From: an uncultured bacterium
GTDB taxonomy: Bacteria; Muiribacteriota; Ozemobacteria; Ozemobacterales; Ozemobacteraceae
Length of the DNA stretch: 64,000 bases
Reading direction: 5' to 3'
NCBI GenBank assembly: GCA_964483805.1
Contig: CAZADH010000002.1
Span: 1,163 to 65,162 of the forward strand
The notes beneath the pieces were generated by a model that worked only from the letters and a program-made list of their open reading frames with translations, had not been told where the DNA came from and ran no database searches. The translations under genes and the position numbers were made by a program. Every line of letters starts with the position of its first letter. The first letter of the stretch is position 1. Below are positions 38,790 through 48,279 of this stretch, in pieces.

Positions 38790-39769
38790 GGCCGGCCCGC
38801 ACCCACACATTTCATCGTCTTTGGGCCGAGCACAAGTATCGGGTCATGGCCCAGAGCTACAAACGGTATCTGCATTGCGGCCAACTCGTGTCGGCGCAAC
38901 CTCCGCGGGCCCGCGCCTTTCTGCGCCAGCTCGCCGAGCATCTCGATGACCCGATGGTCGAGCGCAACAACGCGCTCCTGCATGCGTACGGGCACCTGAA
39001 GCGCAAACTGCCCGAGGACGAGAAAGAGACGCTGATTGCGGCCATCGCCGACAATGTGCCCGAGGCCCTCGACCAACTGTACGCCGGGGTCGTGGCCCTC
39101 GACGACCAGTATCTGCTCGGATCGCGCCTGTTTCGCGACCGGCATGGGTTCTACAAGTGGCTCGAGCCGGCCGGCACGCTGGTGATCGCGTTCGGACCCA
39201 GCGAAGTCGTCCTGTCGAGCGATCGGCTGGTCGAACGTGTCGCTGCCGTAGTCCGCACCGAGAACTTCGACCTCGGTGCGTTGCGCGAACTGGCGTCTCT
39301 CGACACCCACGCTGGTCCGGGCATTGATCTGGCTACCTGGCAGAGTTGGCCGACATCGCTACGCATGGTTCTCTTGCATCATCTGGCCGTGGTCGTACTG
39401 TCGCGCCGGGTGATCGGTCATCCGCGGTGGCCCTGGGCACATTTGTTCGAGGTCCTCGCCGGCACCCACCACCCCGAGCCAACTGTCGTCGCTCCCGGCG
39501 AAGCCGTTCTGCTGGCGGTCGAACGCTTCTGGGACGACAATCCGGCGACCGTCGGCGAACTGCCGTCACCGGCCCAGTTGGCCGGGGTCTGGGGCGAGTC
39601 GATCGGCGGGCATCATTTCGCAACACCGAGCATCGATCTGGCCATCAGAACCATCGGCGAGCTGTTTGCTCTCGGTGACAAGGCCCTGGTCGCCGACATC
39701 GACGCCGAACCGCTCGAGCCCGAGCCAGAAGAGGCCGCCGCTGATCCGTATGCCGACCCAGATGAGTAA
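38786..39769 (+). CDS. hypothetical protein translationally coupled (ATGA) to the AbiEi-like gene; no AbiEii NTase motifs
   Basis: ATG 38786 overlaps the TGA at 38787-38789. No GS..D.D nucleotidyltransferase signature. Acidic C-terminal tail. Confidence 0.5.
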   Translation: MRPARTHTFHRLWAEHKYRVMAQSYKRYLHCGQLVSAQPPRARAFLRQLAEHLDDPMVERNNALLHAYGHLKRKLPEDEKETLIAAIADNVPEALDQLYAGVVALDDQYLLGSRLFRDRHGFYKWLEPAGTLVIAFGPSEVVLSSDRLVERVAAVVRTENFDLGALRELASLDTHAGPGIDLATWQSWPTSLRMVLLHHLAVVVLSRRVIGHPRWPWAHLFEVLAGTHHPEPTVVAPGEAVLLAVERFWDDNPATVGELPSPAQLAGVWGESIGGHHFATPSIDLAIRTIGELFALGDKALVADIDAEPLEPEPEEAAADPYADPDE

Positions 39770-39894
39770 ATGAAGCAATACATTTTCCATACAATGGCAA
39801 CACGTCTTCGGTCATTGATTCGTCAGGTCGAAGCAATCCTCCCCGTTCAATAAACACGAAATCGCCGACAACATTCCTCGTCCCCCTTGGCAGC

Positions 39895-42800
39895 ATGAGG
39901 TGCTTTTGGTACACTGACCCGGCCGCGGTTGCGTGCCGCCGCGTTGTCCGTCGCTTCCCGTGCGGCAAACCCTATGACAACTGCGGTCGATTGTTCGGGA
40001 AAGGCTCTGGTCATCCGCCATTGACTAAGTTCTCCGCCACGACGCACGACACGACCTTGCCGCTCTCGCGCGACTGCCGTCTGAGAAAACAGCAGTTCGG
40101 GGCGACGCGAGATGGGGCTTCTTGCGCGGCTGCCGGGCCGCACTCTGCGGGTTTCGCGAGACTCTGCCGCGGTTGGTTGCTGCCGGTTCTTGTCGCCCTT
40201 GTCTTGGTCCCTGTCGGCTGGGCACAGAGCGCCTCACCGGCGGCCAACGTTGTCGCCGGCACCCCGGCCGGGGCCTCCGCCCCCACGGTTTCGCCAGTGA
40301 CAGCCATGGCCTCGACCACGCCCCTCGCGACGCCGGCAGCCGTTGTTTCAGCCACCGCCACGGCGATCAGTGCTGCATCCACGGTGGCGGTTTCCAGCGA
40401 AACCGCCGAGACCGACCCCGAATTTGCGACGGCCTCGGCCTCGGTCCGCGGTGCGACGCGCAACGACGAAGACGACGACGCATCGGCATCGGCAACGATC
40501 GCCTCGCCGACCCGCACGCAACCAACGATCCTGCCCGACGGACGCAAAGTCTGGCCGGGTGATCCGGGGCCGCTGCCCGAAGACGGAGCCGTGGGCGGAA
40601 TCCCGGGTGATGCCCCACCAAGCACATCGCCGCTGCCTGTCCCCGAACCGGCGCCAGTCGCCACCGGGTCAGCCCGACCGTTTGACCCGGGCACCGCCCG
40701 CTGGGTCAAACCGCTTGGGAAACCGGGTTCCGAACCGGGATTGCCGGCCTCGGGGTCCGCAATGCCGCGCCTGGGGTCCGATGCCGAAGTGCTGTTGCCC
40801 CTGCCCGAGGTGCCTCTGGCCACGGGCAGTGCCGGTTACGAAGTCCCGCTCGCCACCGGCCTGCCCCGCCCCCCGCAGGCCCCGATGGCAACGGTGGCGT
40901 CGCTGACCACCGAGCCGCCGGTCGACGACGAGACCGATGCAGCATCAGGAACGGCCAATGCGAGCGGTACCCGTTCGGCGAGAGGCCGAGGCAAGAAGGG
41001 CGGTAAAGAGACCGACGTCGAAGACCCGGCACTGATCAAGGCGCAGCACGAGCGCAACAAAAGCGAGATCATGGCCTTCCTGCGCGAAACGCCAACGCGC
41101 GAGCCGGGAGAACGCTGGTTGTTCCTGGCGAAATACTGCGCCGACCTGGATGATCCCGATGGAGCCCGTGAACTGCTGCGACGCGTCGTGCGGGCGGTGC
41201 CGGTCGCCGCCGAGCGCAAATGGGAAGCGCAGTTGTTGCTGGCCGAGATTCTCGAGAAACAGAAGATGTATGCCGAGGCGCTCAAAGAGCTCGAGCGCCT
41301 GCTGTCATGGCAACCCCAACGTCAATACAAAGTGCGCGCTGAACTGGCTCGCGCCCGTCTGTTCTCACGCGATCTTACCCATTTTTCTGATCTGCTCAAA
41401 GCCTACCGGCGGTATCACGCGTGGTTCCCCGACGCCAACGAACCCGAAGAACTCGTCTATTTCAGCGGCTTCGAGAAGGGATACAACCTCGAGATCGCCA
41501 TCCACGCCATCGAGGCCTGGGAGAAGATCGCATCGTTTCCCGAGCTGCCGGCCGCCAACGAAGCCCGGCTGCAACTGGCGATCATCGAGGGTTACGACCT
41601 GGGGCGGGCCCGCCAGGCCCTGACCCTGTTGTCGCGCATCGGTCCCCCGTATAAAGACGCCGCCGAAATCCGCTCACTGCTGGTGCGCGGAGCAATACAA
41701 CATCTGCACATTCAGCCACCGGCCGATCCCAAGGTGGCGCTCGCGGCATATCGCGAGTATCTCGCCCGCGAAACCGACATCGACGGTTGGCGCACCGGTC
41801 AGATGCTGCTGGGCGACCTGTTGCGCGACCGGTTGAACGACCCGCGCGAAGCGGTCGATGTGTTTCTGGGTCTGACACAGATCCCGCCGCACCTGGCGAC
41901 CGAATCGTTGCGGTCACTCAAGCGCGCCCGCGAACGGGCCGACGACGATCGGGCCTGGGCGCTTCTGGGCTACAAGATGGCCGGGCACTGTGCGGAGTTC
42001 AACGCCCACGATCTCGACCGCGCGTTGATGACCTACCGTCAGGGGATCGAACTGGCGCGGGCGACCGTGGCATCCGGCACCAAAGATGACGGCACGGTGT
42101 TCTGGTTCGAAACGGCGATCGCCCGCACCGAGCCCAAGACCAGCAAGGCGCAGGCCCTGTTCGATCAAGCCGTCGAGCGGTATCGGTCACGCGATCTCGA
42201 AGGCGGGGTCCGGTTGTTCGACCAGTTCGTCGCCAGTCACCCCGACCATTTGCTGCGCCGCGAGGCGATGTTCCGCGCCGTGCAGATCGTCGACGACGAC
42301 CTGCATCGGTTCGACGACGCTCTGGCGCGCTACCAGCGCTACCTGATCGAGGTCAGTCCGCGCAAGTCGAAGTGGCAGCTCGACGCCATCTACGACTGGG
42401 GTCGCGCCGATGAAGCCCGCTACCGCATCGGCAACCTGTTGGCCCGCCACCGTTCCGAATTCGTGAAGGCGCTCAAGACCTTCGCCGACCTCTCGGCCGC
42501 GTATCCCGACAGTTTCTGGGCCAAGCAGGGCGTCGTCGACTCGATCGAAATCTACCAGAAGCGGCTCGATGACGAGAACCGTGCCCGTGAATTCATGCGC
42601 CAGTACATCGATCGGTGGCCGAACGACAAGAAGTCGCAGGATTACCGACGCTACCTGGCCAAGGCGCTGATCGCTCAGGGGTTGGCCGGCCAGGCGATGG
42701 GGCTGCTGCAAGATCTCATCGACCACGGCTCGCCGACCGACAAGGAGTCGGTGGCAACGCGGCAGTTGTTGCGTGACCTGTCGTTCTCGCAGCAGAAAGA

Positions 42801-45800
42801 CCGGCTCCAGGCGATGCTCGGGGCGGCCGGCAATCGCGATCGTCCGTTGTTGTATGCGAATCTCATCGATATCCTCACGTTGGCCACCTCGACCGCGGCG
42901 CTCGACGAACTCGGGCGCCAGATCCGCCAGGCCGACAACCTGAACGACGCCACCCGCTGGGGCCTGATGTATCGCCTGGGCACCCGCCTGTACGCCATGG
43001 ACCCGAGCAAATCCCGCGAGGTGTTCGCCGAACTGGCCGCCAGCGCCTCGGGAACGACCCGGCTCAAGTGCCTGTTGACGCTGGGCAACATCGCCTACCG
43101 CGTCGAGAAGAACCAGGCCGAAGCCATCAAGGCCTACGAGGCTGCGTTGGCCATGGCCCCGCTCGATCCGCTGCTCGAAACGCCGACGTACCGCCTGGGT
43201 CGTCTCTACGCATGCCGGGGCGAAGGCGTGTTGGCCATCACCACGCTGAATCAGTTCATCCAGCGATTCCCGCTCAGTCGCCACCTGGCGAAGGCCTACC
43301 TCGCGCGCGGCCAGATCGAACTGGCGTTGCACCGGCCCGACCTGGCCGAACGCTCGGTGCGGCGGGCCCTCACCCTCGACCCGCCACTGGCCGAAAAGGC
43401 CAAAGACCTGGTCACACAAATCGAAAAGGCCATGCCGGTCGATCGCTGGCTCGCGGCACGGCGACGGACCCTCGAGGCGCGCCAACTCGAGCAACACGAT
43501 GTATTTATGGCCAGTCTGACCCTGGCCATGACCGCAACCGGAACCTCCCGTGTTCCCGTCCCCGGATGGCGCGAACCCGAGCAATTGCGGGCCCGGGCCG
43601 CTCTGTTGTCGGGGCATGTCGGTTCCGAGACCGGTTCGGCGGCCGGTGACGAACGGTCAGGAGCCACCGCGAGCGGCGCCGAACTGCTCGATGTCGAAAC
43701 GCTGTCGCCGACCGAGATTTATCAGCGTTTTCAGGCCGAGGCGATCAAGGCCAAGCCCGCTCCACAGGTCGGCGCCGAACTGTTGTTGACCCTCCTGCGC
43801 CGCTCACCACGCGAACAACCGCAACTGTGGCAAAAGGCCCTGCGGCAATACATCAGTTGGCGACTCTGGCGGCGGCCCGATCAAGCCGCCTTCGTTAAAG
43901 AGGTCGCGGCGCTGCTCGAACGCCACAACTACAGCGAAGATGTTGCCGAACTGGCCTACCGGCACGGCGCCGTACTCGATCGCGTCTTGCAGCGCTTCGA
44001 GCAGGCGAACAAGTCGTATTTCCAGTATCTCTCCTTCTATCCGAAAGGAGCGCGGGTGAAGCTCGTGCGTGCCCGCATTCCGCAGGTCTACGAGGAACTG
44101 AACGACACCAAATCGGCGAAGCGTTTCTACCAGAAGGTCGTCGACGATCCGCAGATGGGCGACGAACTGCGCGTCGATGCCTCGGTCCGCCTGGGCCGCA
44201 TGATGGCCAAGAGCGACGGCGAGTCGGGGCGCGCCGATATCCAGAAGCTGCTCGAATCCGCGCTGGCACTCGACACACCACGACGGCCCGAACTGTATCT
44301 GCGGCTCGAGAAGCTCACCTCAAACCAGGAGTACGTCGAGCGTGCGCTCGAAGCGAAAGGCGCCGAGCCCTTCCGGCTGCTGGCGTTGAAGCGACTGGTC
44401 AAAAAAGCCGAAGAGAAAGATTTCGACAAAGCGCTCGAACTGGTCGAGAAATACAAATCATCATTCAGCGAAGACGATTCCGTCATCTGGCTCGACAAGA
44501 AACTGAGCGATCTGGCCAAGCGCGGGCAGATCAGCAAGATCGAGGACCAGATCGAACAGTTCCCCGAAGAGGCCCAGACCCCGCAGCGGATCTTCCAGTT
44601 GGCCAACCTCATCGAAGGCCTCGAAAACACCCGCTATCGCTCGCAAGACCTGTTCTACGAAATCACCCTGGTCTACCCACACTCGCAGTATTACCGCGAG
44701 AGCAAGATCCGCGCCGAGAACACCCGGGCCATCGAGGCGGTGCATGCCTTGAGTGCGGCGTTGAAGAAGGGTGTGCAGGGAGCGGACGGCGACTCGTTGT
44801 TGCTCGAGCGCGCGCGCATCTATGCGACCAAGCTGCAAGACGACAGCAAGGCCCAGGAAGACTGCGAAGCCGTGTTGACGCTGTTCCCGAACTCACCGCG
44901 GCGCTGGGAAGCAATGCGGGGCCTGGGCGACGCCATTCTGCGTGCGGAGCGCAACGCGGAGCGCGCGCTGCGGTATTACGAGCAGGCGCTGGCCGCATGT
45001 CCGGATGCCGAGGAACGCGGCAAGCTGACGGCCAAGGTCGACGCGCTCGTCGAGTTTCGCGACAAGGTGCTCGTTGCCGATGGTGATGTGAAGGCCCAAC
45101 AGACGGGCCTCGACCACATCCTCGCGGTCTGGCGCCTCGACCTCGAACCGGAACGGGCGCTCGCGCTGATCCAACAGGCGCGCACGGTGCTCGAGAACAA
45201 GCCGCTCGCCGCCCGCCTGTGGTATCTCGAAGGCCGCCTGCTCGAACAGTCGGGCAAAAAGGCCGCTGCGTTGCTCGCCTATCGCAATGTGGTCGACAGC
45301 ATCGCCAACCCTGGAGCCCGCAAGGATGTCGCCTGGTATCGCATGATGCGCCTGCATCTCGAAGCCGGCGATCGCAGCGCCGCCGAGAAAGACGCCATTG
45401 CGCTGACCACGCGGTATCCGCGCTCGCTGATGGCCCGCAGCGCCTGGTATCGCCTGGCCTGTTGGCGTGAGGAAGCCAAGGATCTGAGCGGGGCGCACGC
45501 GGCACTCGACCGGTTGTTGTCGTACCGGGCGCTGATCCCGACCCACCGCACGCACCTGACCAAGAAACAAGCCGACATCGAGGCGCGCATGAACCTCGAA
45601 GACCTCGATCGGTTGCGTGCCGCCAGCAAGGTGCAGAACAATTTCCGCTATCTGGCCGCCCGCCTGCTCGAGAACGACCAACGCGATTCCGAGCGGGCCA
45701 TGGCGGAGTATCAGGCCTATCTCGCCACCCGCCCGGGCGTCGCCCGTTCGCGCGAAATCCTGATGAAACTGGCCACGATGGCCGAACGCAAGGGCGATTA

Positions 45801-46812
45801 CGCGGCGGCCATCGGCTACCTCGATCAGTTGATGGGCACGCGCGAACCGTGTGCCGAGAACCTCGATCTGGTCACGCGCATCGGTGGCCTCCTCGAAGAC
45901 AAGGTCAACAACCCCGAACTGACGACCCTGTTCTTCCAGACCGTCGCCGACGTGCATCGGCAGGTGCCGCAGGTGCGGCGGTTCGCCCTCTCGAAGATCA
46001 AGCGCATGGAAGAGAAAGCCCGCGTCAAGGTGGCCGGCCCGGTGCGCCGCAAGGTCAAGCGCGAGTACACCGAAGAAGACAAGGAACTGCTCACCGAGAT
46101 CGACGACATACTTGGTAAATACGTCGACGATCAGGCCGATTTTGTCAGGGCCGAGCGCGAACTGCTCGACATGTGGGATGCGAACCCGAAATCGGAGGCG
46201 GTTGTCGACATCATGAAGGAACTGGTGGCGCTCAACGAAGAGCGGCTGCTCGACCCGGGCAAGGCCACCGAGTACTACGAGCGCTTCCTGAAAGAACGCC
46301 CCGACGATCCCGAGGTCGAGGCCCTGACCTTGAAACTCTACGAATTGTACTCGACGAAACTGCAGAACGGCGAGAAGGCGCTGCAGGTCTTGAGCGACTT
46401 CGAACGCAAGTTCCCCAATTCGACCATGCTGCTCGAGATCCAGTTGAAACTGGGCAAGGCCAACGAGACGTTGACCCGCAACTACTCCGAAGCCCGGCGC
46501 ATCTACCAGCGCATCATCGACACCCAGAAGAACGACCCGATCGTCCACGAAACGTATTTCCGCATGGGCACACTGTTGCGTGACGGTTTCGCCGACTACA
46601 ACGGGGCCATCGCCATGTGGCAGTCGATGAATACGAAGTTCTATCAGAATGCCTTTGCCGCCGAAGCCGTCTACGAGATCGGTTTGACCTACGAGGTCTA
46701 CTTGCGCGACTTCACCAAGGCGAAGGACGCCTTCAACTCGATCCTGCGGCAATGGCCGAACACACCGCTGCAGAACAAGGTCCGCGAAGCGATTCTCCGC
46801 GTCGGCGGTTGA
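39895..46812 (+). CDS. giant (~2300 aa) TPR-repeat protein, probably secreted or membrane-anchored
   Basis: Continuous ORF with many TPR-like helical repeats. A hydrophobic signal-like segment LLPVLVALVLVPVGWAQS lies ~95 aa in, so the true start may be an internal TTG/GTG near 40177. Low-complexity Ala/Thr/Pro-rich region follows. Confidence 0.7.
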   Translation: MRCFWYTDPAAVACRRVVRRFPCGKPYDNCGRLFGKGSGHPPLTKFSATTHDTTLPLSRDCRLRKQQFGATRDGASCAAAGPHSAGFARLCRGWLLPVLVALVLVPVGWAQSASPAANVVAGTPAGASAPTVSPVTAMASTTPLATPAAVVSATATAISAASTVAVSSETAETDPEFATASASVRGATRNDEDDDASASATIASPTRTQPTILPDGRKVWPGDPGPLPEDGAVGGIPGDAPPSTSPLPVPEPAPVATGSARPFDPGTARWVKPLGKPGSEPGLPASGSAMPRLGSDAEVLLPLPEVPLATGSAGYEVPLATGLPRPPQAPMATVASLTTEPPVDDETDAASGTANASGTRSARGRGKKGGKETDVEDPALIKAQHERNKSEIMAFLRETPTREPGERWLFLAKYCADLDDPDGARELLRRVVRAVPVAAERKWEAQLLLAEILEKQKMYAEALKELERLLSWQPQRQYKVRAELARARLFSRDLTHFSDLLKAYRRYHAWFPDANEPEELVYFSGFEKGYNLEIAIHAIEAWEKIASFPELPAANEARLQLAIIEGYDLGRARQALTLLSRIGPPYKDAAEIRSLLVRGAIQHLHIQPPADPKVALAAYREYLARETDIDGWRTGQMLLGDLLRDRLNDPREAVDVFLGLTQIPPHLATESLRSLKRARERADDDRAWALLGYKMAGHCAEFNAHDLDRALMTYRQGIELARATVASGTKDDGTVFWFETAIARTEPKTSKAQALFDQAVERYRSRDLEGGVRLFDQFVASHPDHLLRREAMFRAVQIVDDDLHRFDDALARYQRYLIEVSPRKSKWQLDAIYDWGRADEARYRIGNLLARHRSEFVKALKTFADLSAAYPDSFWAKQGVVDSIEIYQKRLDDENRAREFMRQYIDRWPNDKKSQDYRRYLAKALIAQGLAGQAMGLLQDLIDHGSPTDKESVATRQLLRDLSFSQQKDRLQAMLGAAGNRDRPLLYANLIDILTLATSTAALDELGRQIRQADNLNDATRWGLMYRLGTRLYAMDPSKSREVFAELAASASGTTRLKCLLTLGNIAYRVEKNQAEAIKAYEAALAMAPLDPLLETPTYRLGRLYACRGEGVLAITTLNQFIQRFPLSRHLAKAYLARGQIELALHRPDLAERSVRRALTLDPPLAEKAKDLVTQIEKAMPVDRWLAARRRTLEARQLEQHDVFMASLTLAMTATGTSRVPVPGWREPEQLRARAALLSGHVGSETGSAAGDERSGATASGAELLDVETLSPTEIYQRFQAEAIKAKPAPQVGAELLLTLLRRSPREQPQLWQKALRQYISWRLWRRPDQAAFVKEVAALLERHNYSEDVAELAYRHGAVLDRVLQRFEQANKSYFQYLSFYPKGARVKLVRARIPQVYEELNDTKSAKRFYQKVVDDPQMGDELRVDASVRLGRMMAKSDGESGRADIQKLLESALALDTPRRPELYLRLEKLTSNQEYVERALEAKGAEPFRLLALKRLVKKAEEKDFDKALELVEKYKSSFSEDDSVIWLDKKLSDLAKRGQISKIEDQIEQFPEEAQTPQRIFQLANLIEGLENTRYRSQDLFYEITLVYPHSQYYRESKIRAENTRAIEAVHALSAALKKGVQGADGDSLLLERARIYATKLQDDSKAQEDCEAVLTLFPNSPRRWEAMRGLGDAILRAERNAERALRYYEQALAACPDAEERGKLTAKVDALVEFRDKVLVADGDVKAQQTGLDHILAVWRLDLEPERALALIQQARTVLENKPLAARLWYLEGRLLEQSGKKAAALLAYRNVVDSIANPGARKDVAWYRMMRLHLEAGDRSAAEKDAIALTTRYPRSLMARSAWYRLACWREEAKDLSGAHAALDRLLSYRALIPTHRTHLTKKQADIEARMNLEDLDRLRAASKVQNNFRYLAARLLENDQRDSERAMAEYQAYLATRPGVARSREILMKLATMAERKGDYAAAIGYLDQLMGTREPCAENLDLVTRIGGLLEDKVNNPELTTLFFQTVADVHRQVPQVRRFALSKIKRMEEKARVKVAGPVRRKVKREYTEEDKELLTEIDDILGKYVDDQADFVRAERELLDMWDANPKSEAVVDIMKELVALNEERLLDPGKATEYYERFLKERPDDPEVEALTLKLYELYSTKLQNGEKALQVLSDFERKFPNSTMLLEIQLKLGKANETLTRNYSEARRIYQRIIDTQKNDPIVHETYFRMGTLLRDGFADYNGAIAMWQSMNTKFYQNAFAAEAVYEIGLTYEVYLRDFTKAKDAFNSILRQWPNTPLQNKVREAILRVGG

Positions 46813-46902
46813 TTCAACGATTCTGCCCGACTGTCGCGCCATTGCGTTCGGGCGACAGATCTGCTTGAATGAAGGTTCACTTTTCGGAGGCAGGGAGGCC
46901 AG

Positions 46903-48279
46903 GTGCTGCGCGGCAACGACATGATCCAGTTGTTGGAACGCAAAGACCGCTTCGTCATTGACTGGGCGGTGGCTGTGTTGCGCGAAATCGGGCCGGAGCC
47001 GCATCCGCTCGAATCGGAACTGGTCGAGGTCATCAAAGGCACGGCCCTGCCTCTGACCCTCGCCGCCCTGTTGCCGGTCTTGCGTGACGAGAAGAACCCG
47101 CAATCGTTGCGTGACAAAGTGATGGCCAATTTGGTCGAGCGTGACCGGTTGATGCTGCGCTTGATCAACGCGTGCACGCGGGCCAGCCAACGTGAGCGAC
47201 TTCTCAATCCGCTCGCCGCCATGATGGTCGACGCGACCAGCGACATTGCCTGCTTCTCGGCGCTGATCCGGTTGCTCCTCGGGCATCGTGAATCGCGCGA
47301 ACGCCTGCTCGCCGGCTTCGACAGCCTGTCGCGCATCCAGCGTTGGAACGTCGTGGTCAGTCTGGAAGCGACCGGCGATCTGCAGTATCTGTCGTTGTTC
47401 ATTTCGGCCCTCGAAGACAGCGAACCCACGGTCGTGCAGGTGGCGGTGAAAGCCCTGGGGCGTCTGGGCGCCCACGCGGCAATCGACGAGATCATCGGCA
47501 AGCTCACCCATCCGCGCGAAGAGGTTGTGCTCAGCGCCGTGCGCACGCTCAGCGAGTTTCGTGACTCGCGCGCCACGCTGCCGCTCATGAAGCTGATGGC
47601 CGGCACGCGCAGCCATCGCGTCCGCGCCACGGTCATCGCCGCTCTGGGCGGCTTCGCAGAAACACGGACTATTCCGGTAATAACCCGGTATCTCGCCCAC
47701 GGTGACGAGCGGGTGCGTGCGAACGCCGTCTCGGCAATCAGCCAGAAGATGCTGGCCACGGGCAAGCAAGATCCAGAGATCATCAACCGCATTCGCGAAA
47801 TGCTCGGCGATCCCAACCATCGGGTGCGCGCCGATGTCATCAGCAGTCTGTGGCAACTGGGCCAGATCGACAGTCTGACCGAAATCACCAAGATGGCGGC
47901 CTCGACCAACGACGAAGAACGGGCGGCCGGCGCCTATCTGGTCGGGCGCCTCAAGCTTCTGCAGTTCAAAGAGATGCTGATCGGTCTGACCGGCGATCCG
48001 GTGTGGTCGGTGCGCAAACTGGCAGCATTGTCATTGTTGTCGCTTGGCGATGCGGGCAAAGCGGTGTTGAAGGGGTTGTTGTCGCAGGGCGATGAACGCC
48101 AGCGCCTGGTCGCCGCCTTCGCGCTGTCGATGGGCGGTTATCCCGACGCGCACGGCCTGTTGCTGTGGGCCTCGCGCCAGGGCGGCAGCGACGGCGCCCT
48201 CGCCACCCAGTTGTTGAGCCAGTTGTCAGGCACGCCCGTGGGTGCGGTCGCGGCGGGTGACATCGAATCCGACGGTTGA
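46903..48279 (+). CDS. HEAT (PBS-lyase-type) repeat protein
   Basis: Repeats ..VRANAVSAISQ.., ..VRADVISSLWQLG.., ..VRKLAALSLLSLGD... GTG start with GGGAGG SD 4 nt upstream. Confidence 0.75.
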   Translation: MLRGNDMIQLLERKDRFVIDWAVAVLREIGPEPHPLESELVEVIKGTALPLTLAALLPVLRDEKNPQSLRDKVMANLVERDRLMLRLINACTRASQRERLLNPLAAMMVDATSDIACFSALIRLLLGHRESRERLLAGFDSLSRIQRWNVVVSLEATGDLQYLSLFISALEDSEPTVVQVAVKALGRLGAHAAIDEIIGKLTHPREEVVLSAVRTLSEFRDSRATLPLMKLMAGTRSHRVRATVIAALGGFAETRTIPVITRYLAHGDERVRANAVSAISQKMLATGKQDPEIINRIREMLGDPNHRVRADVISSLWQLGQIDSLTEITKMAASTNDEERAAGAYLVGRLKLLQFKEMLIGLTGDPVWSVRKLAALSLLSLGDAGKAVLKGLLSQGDERQRLVAAFALSMGGYPDAHGLLLWASRQGGSDGALATQLLSQLSGTPVGAVAAGDIESDG

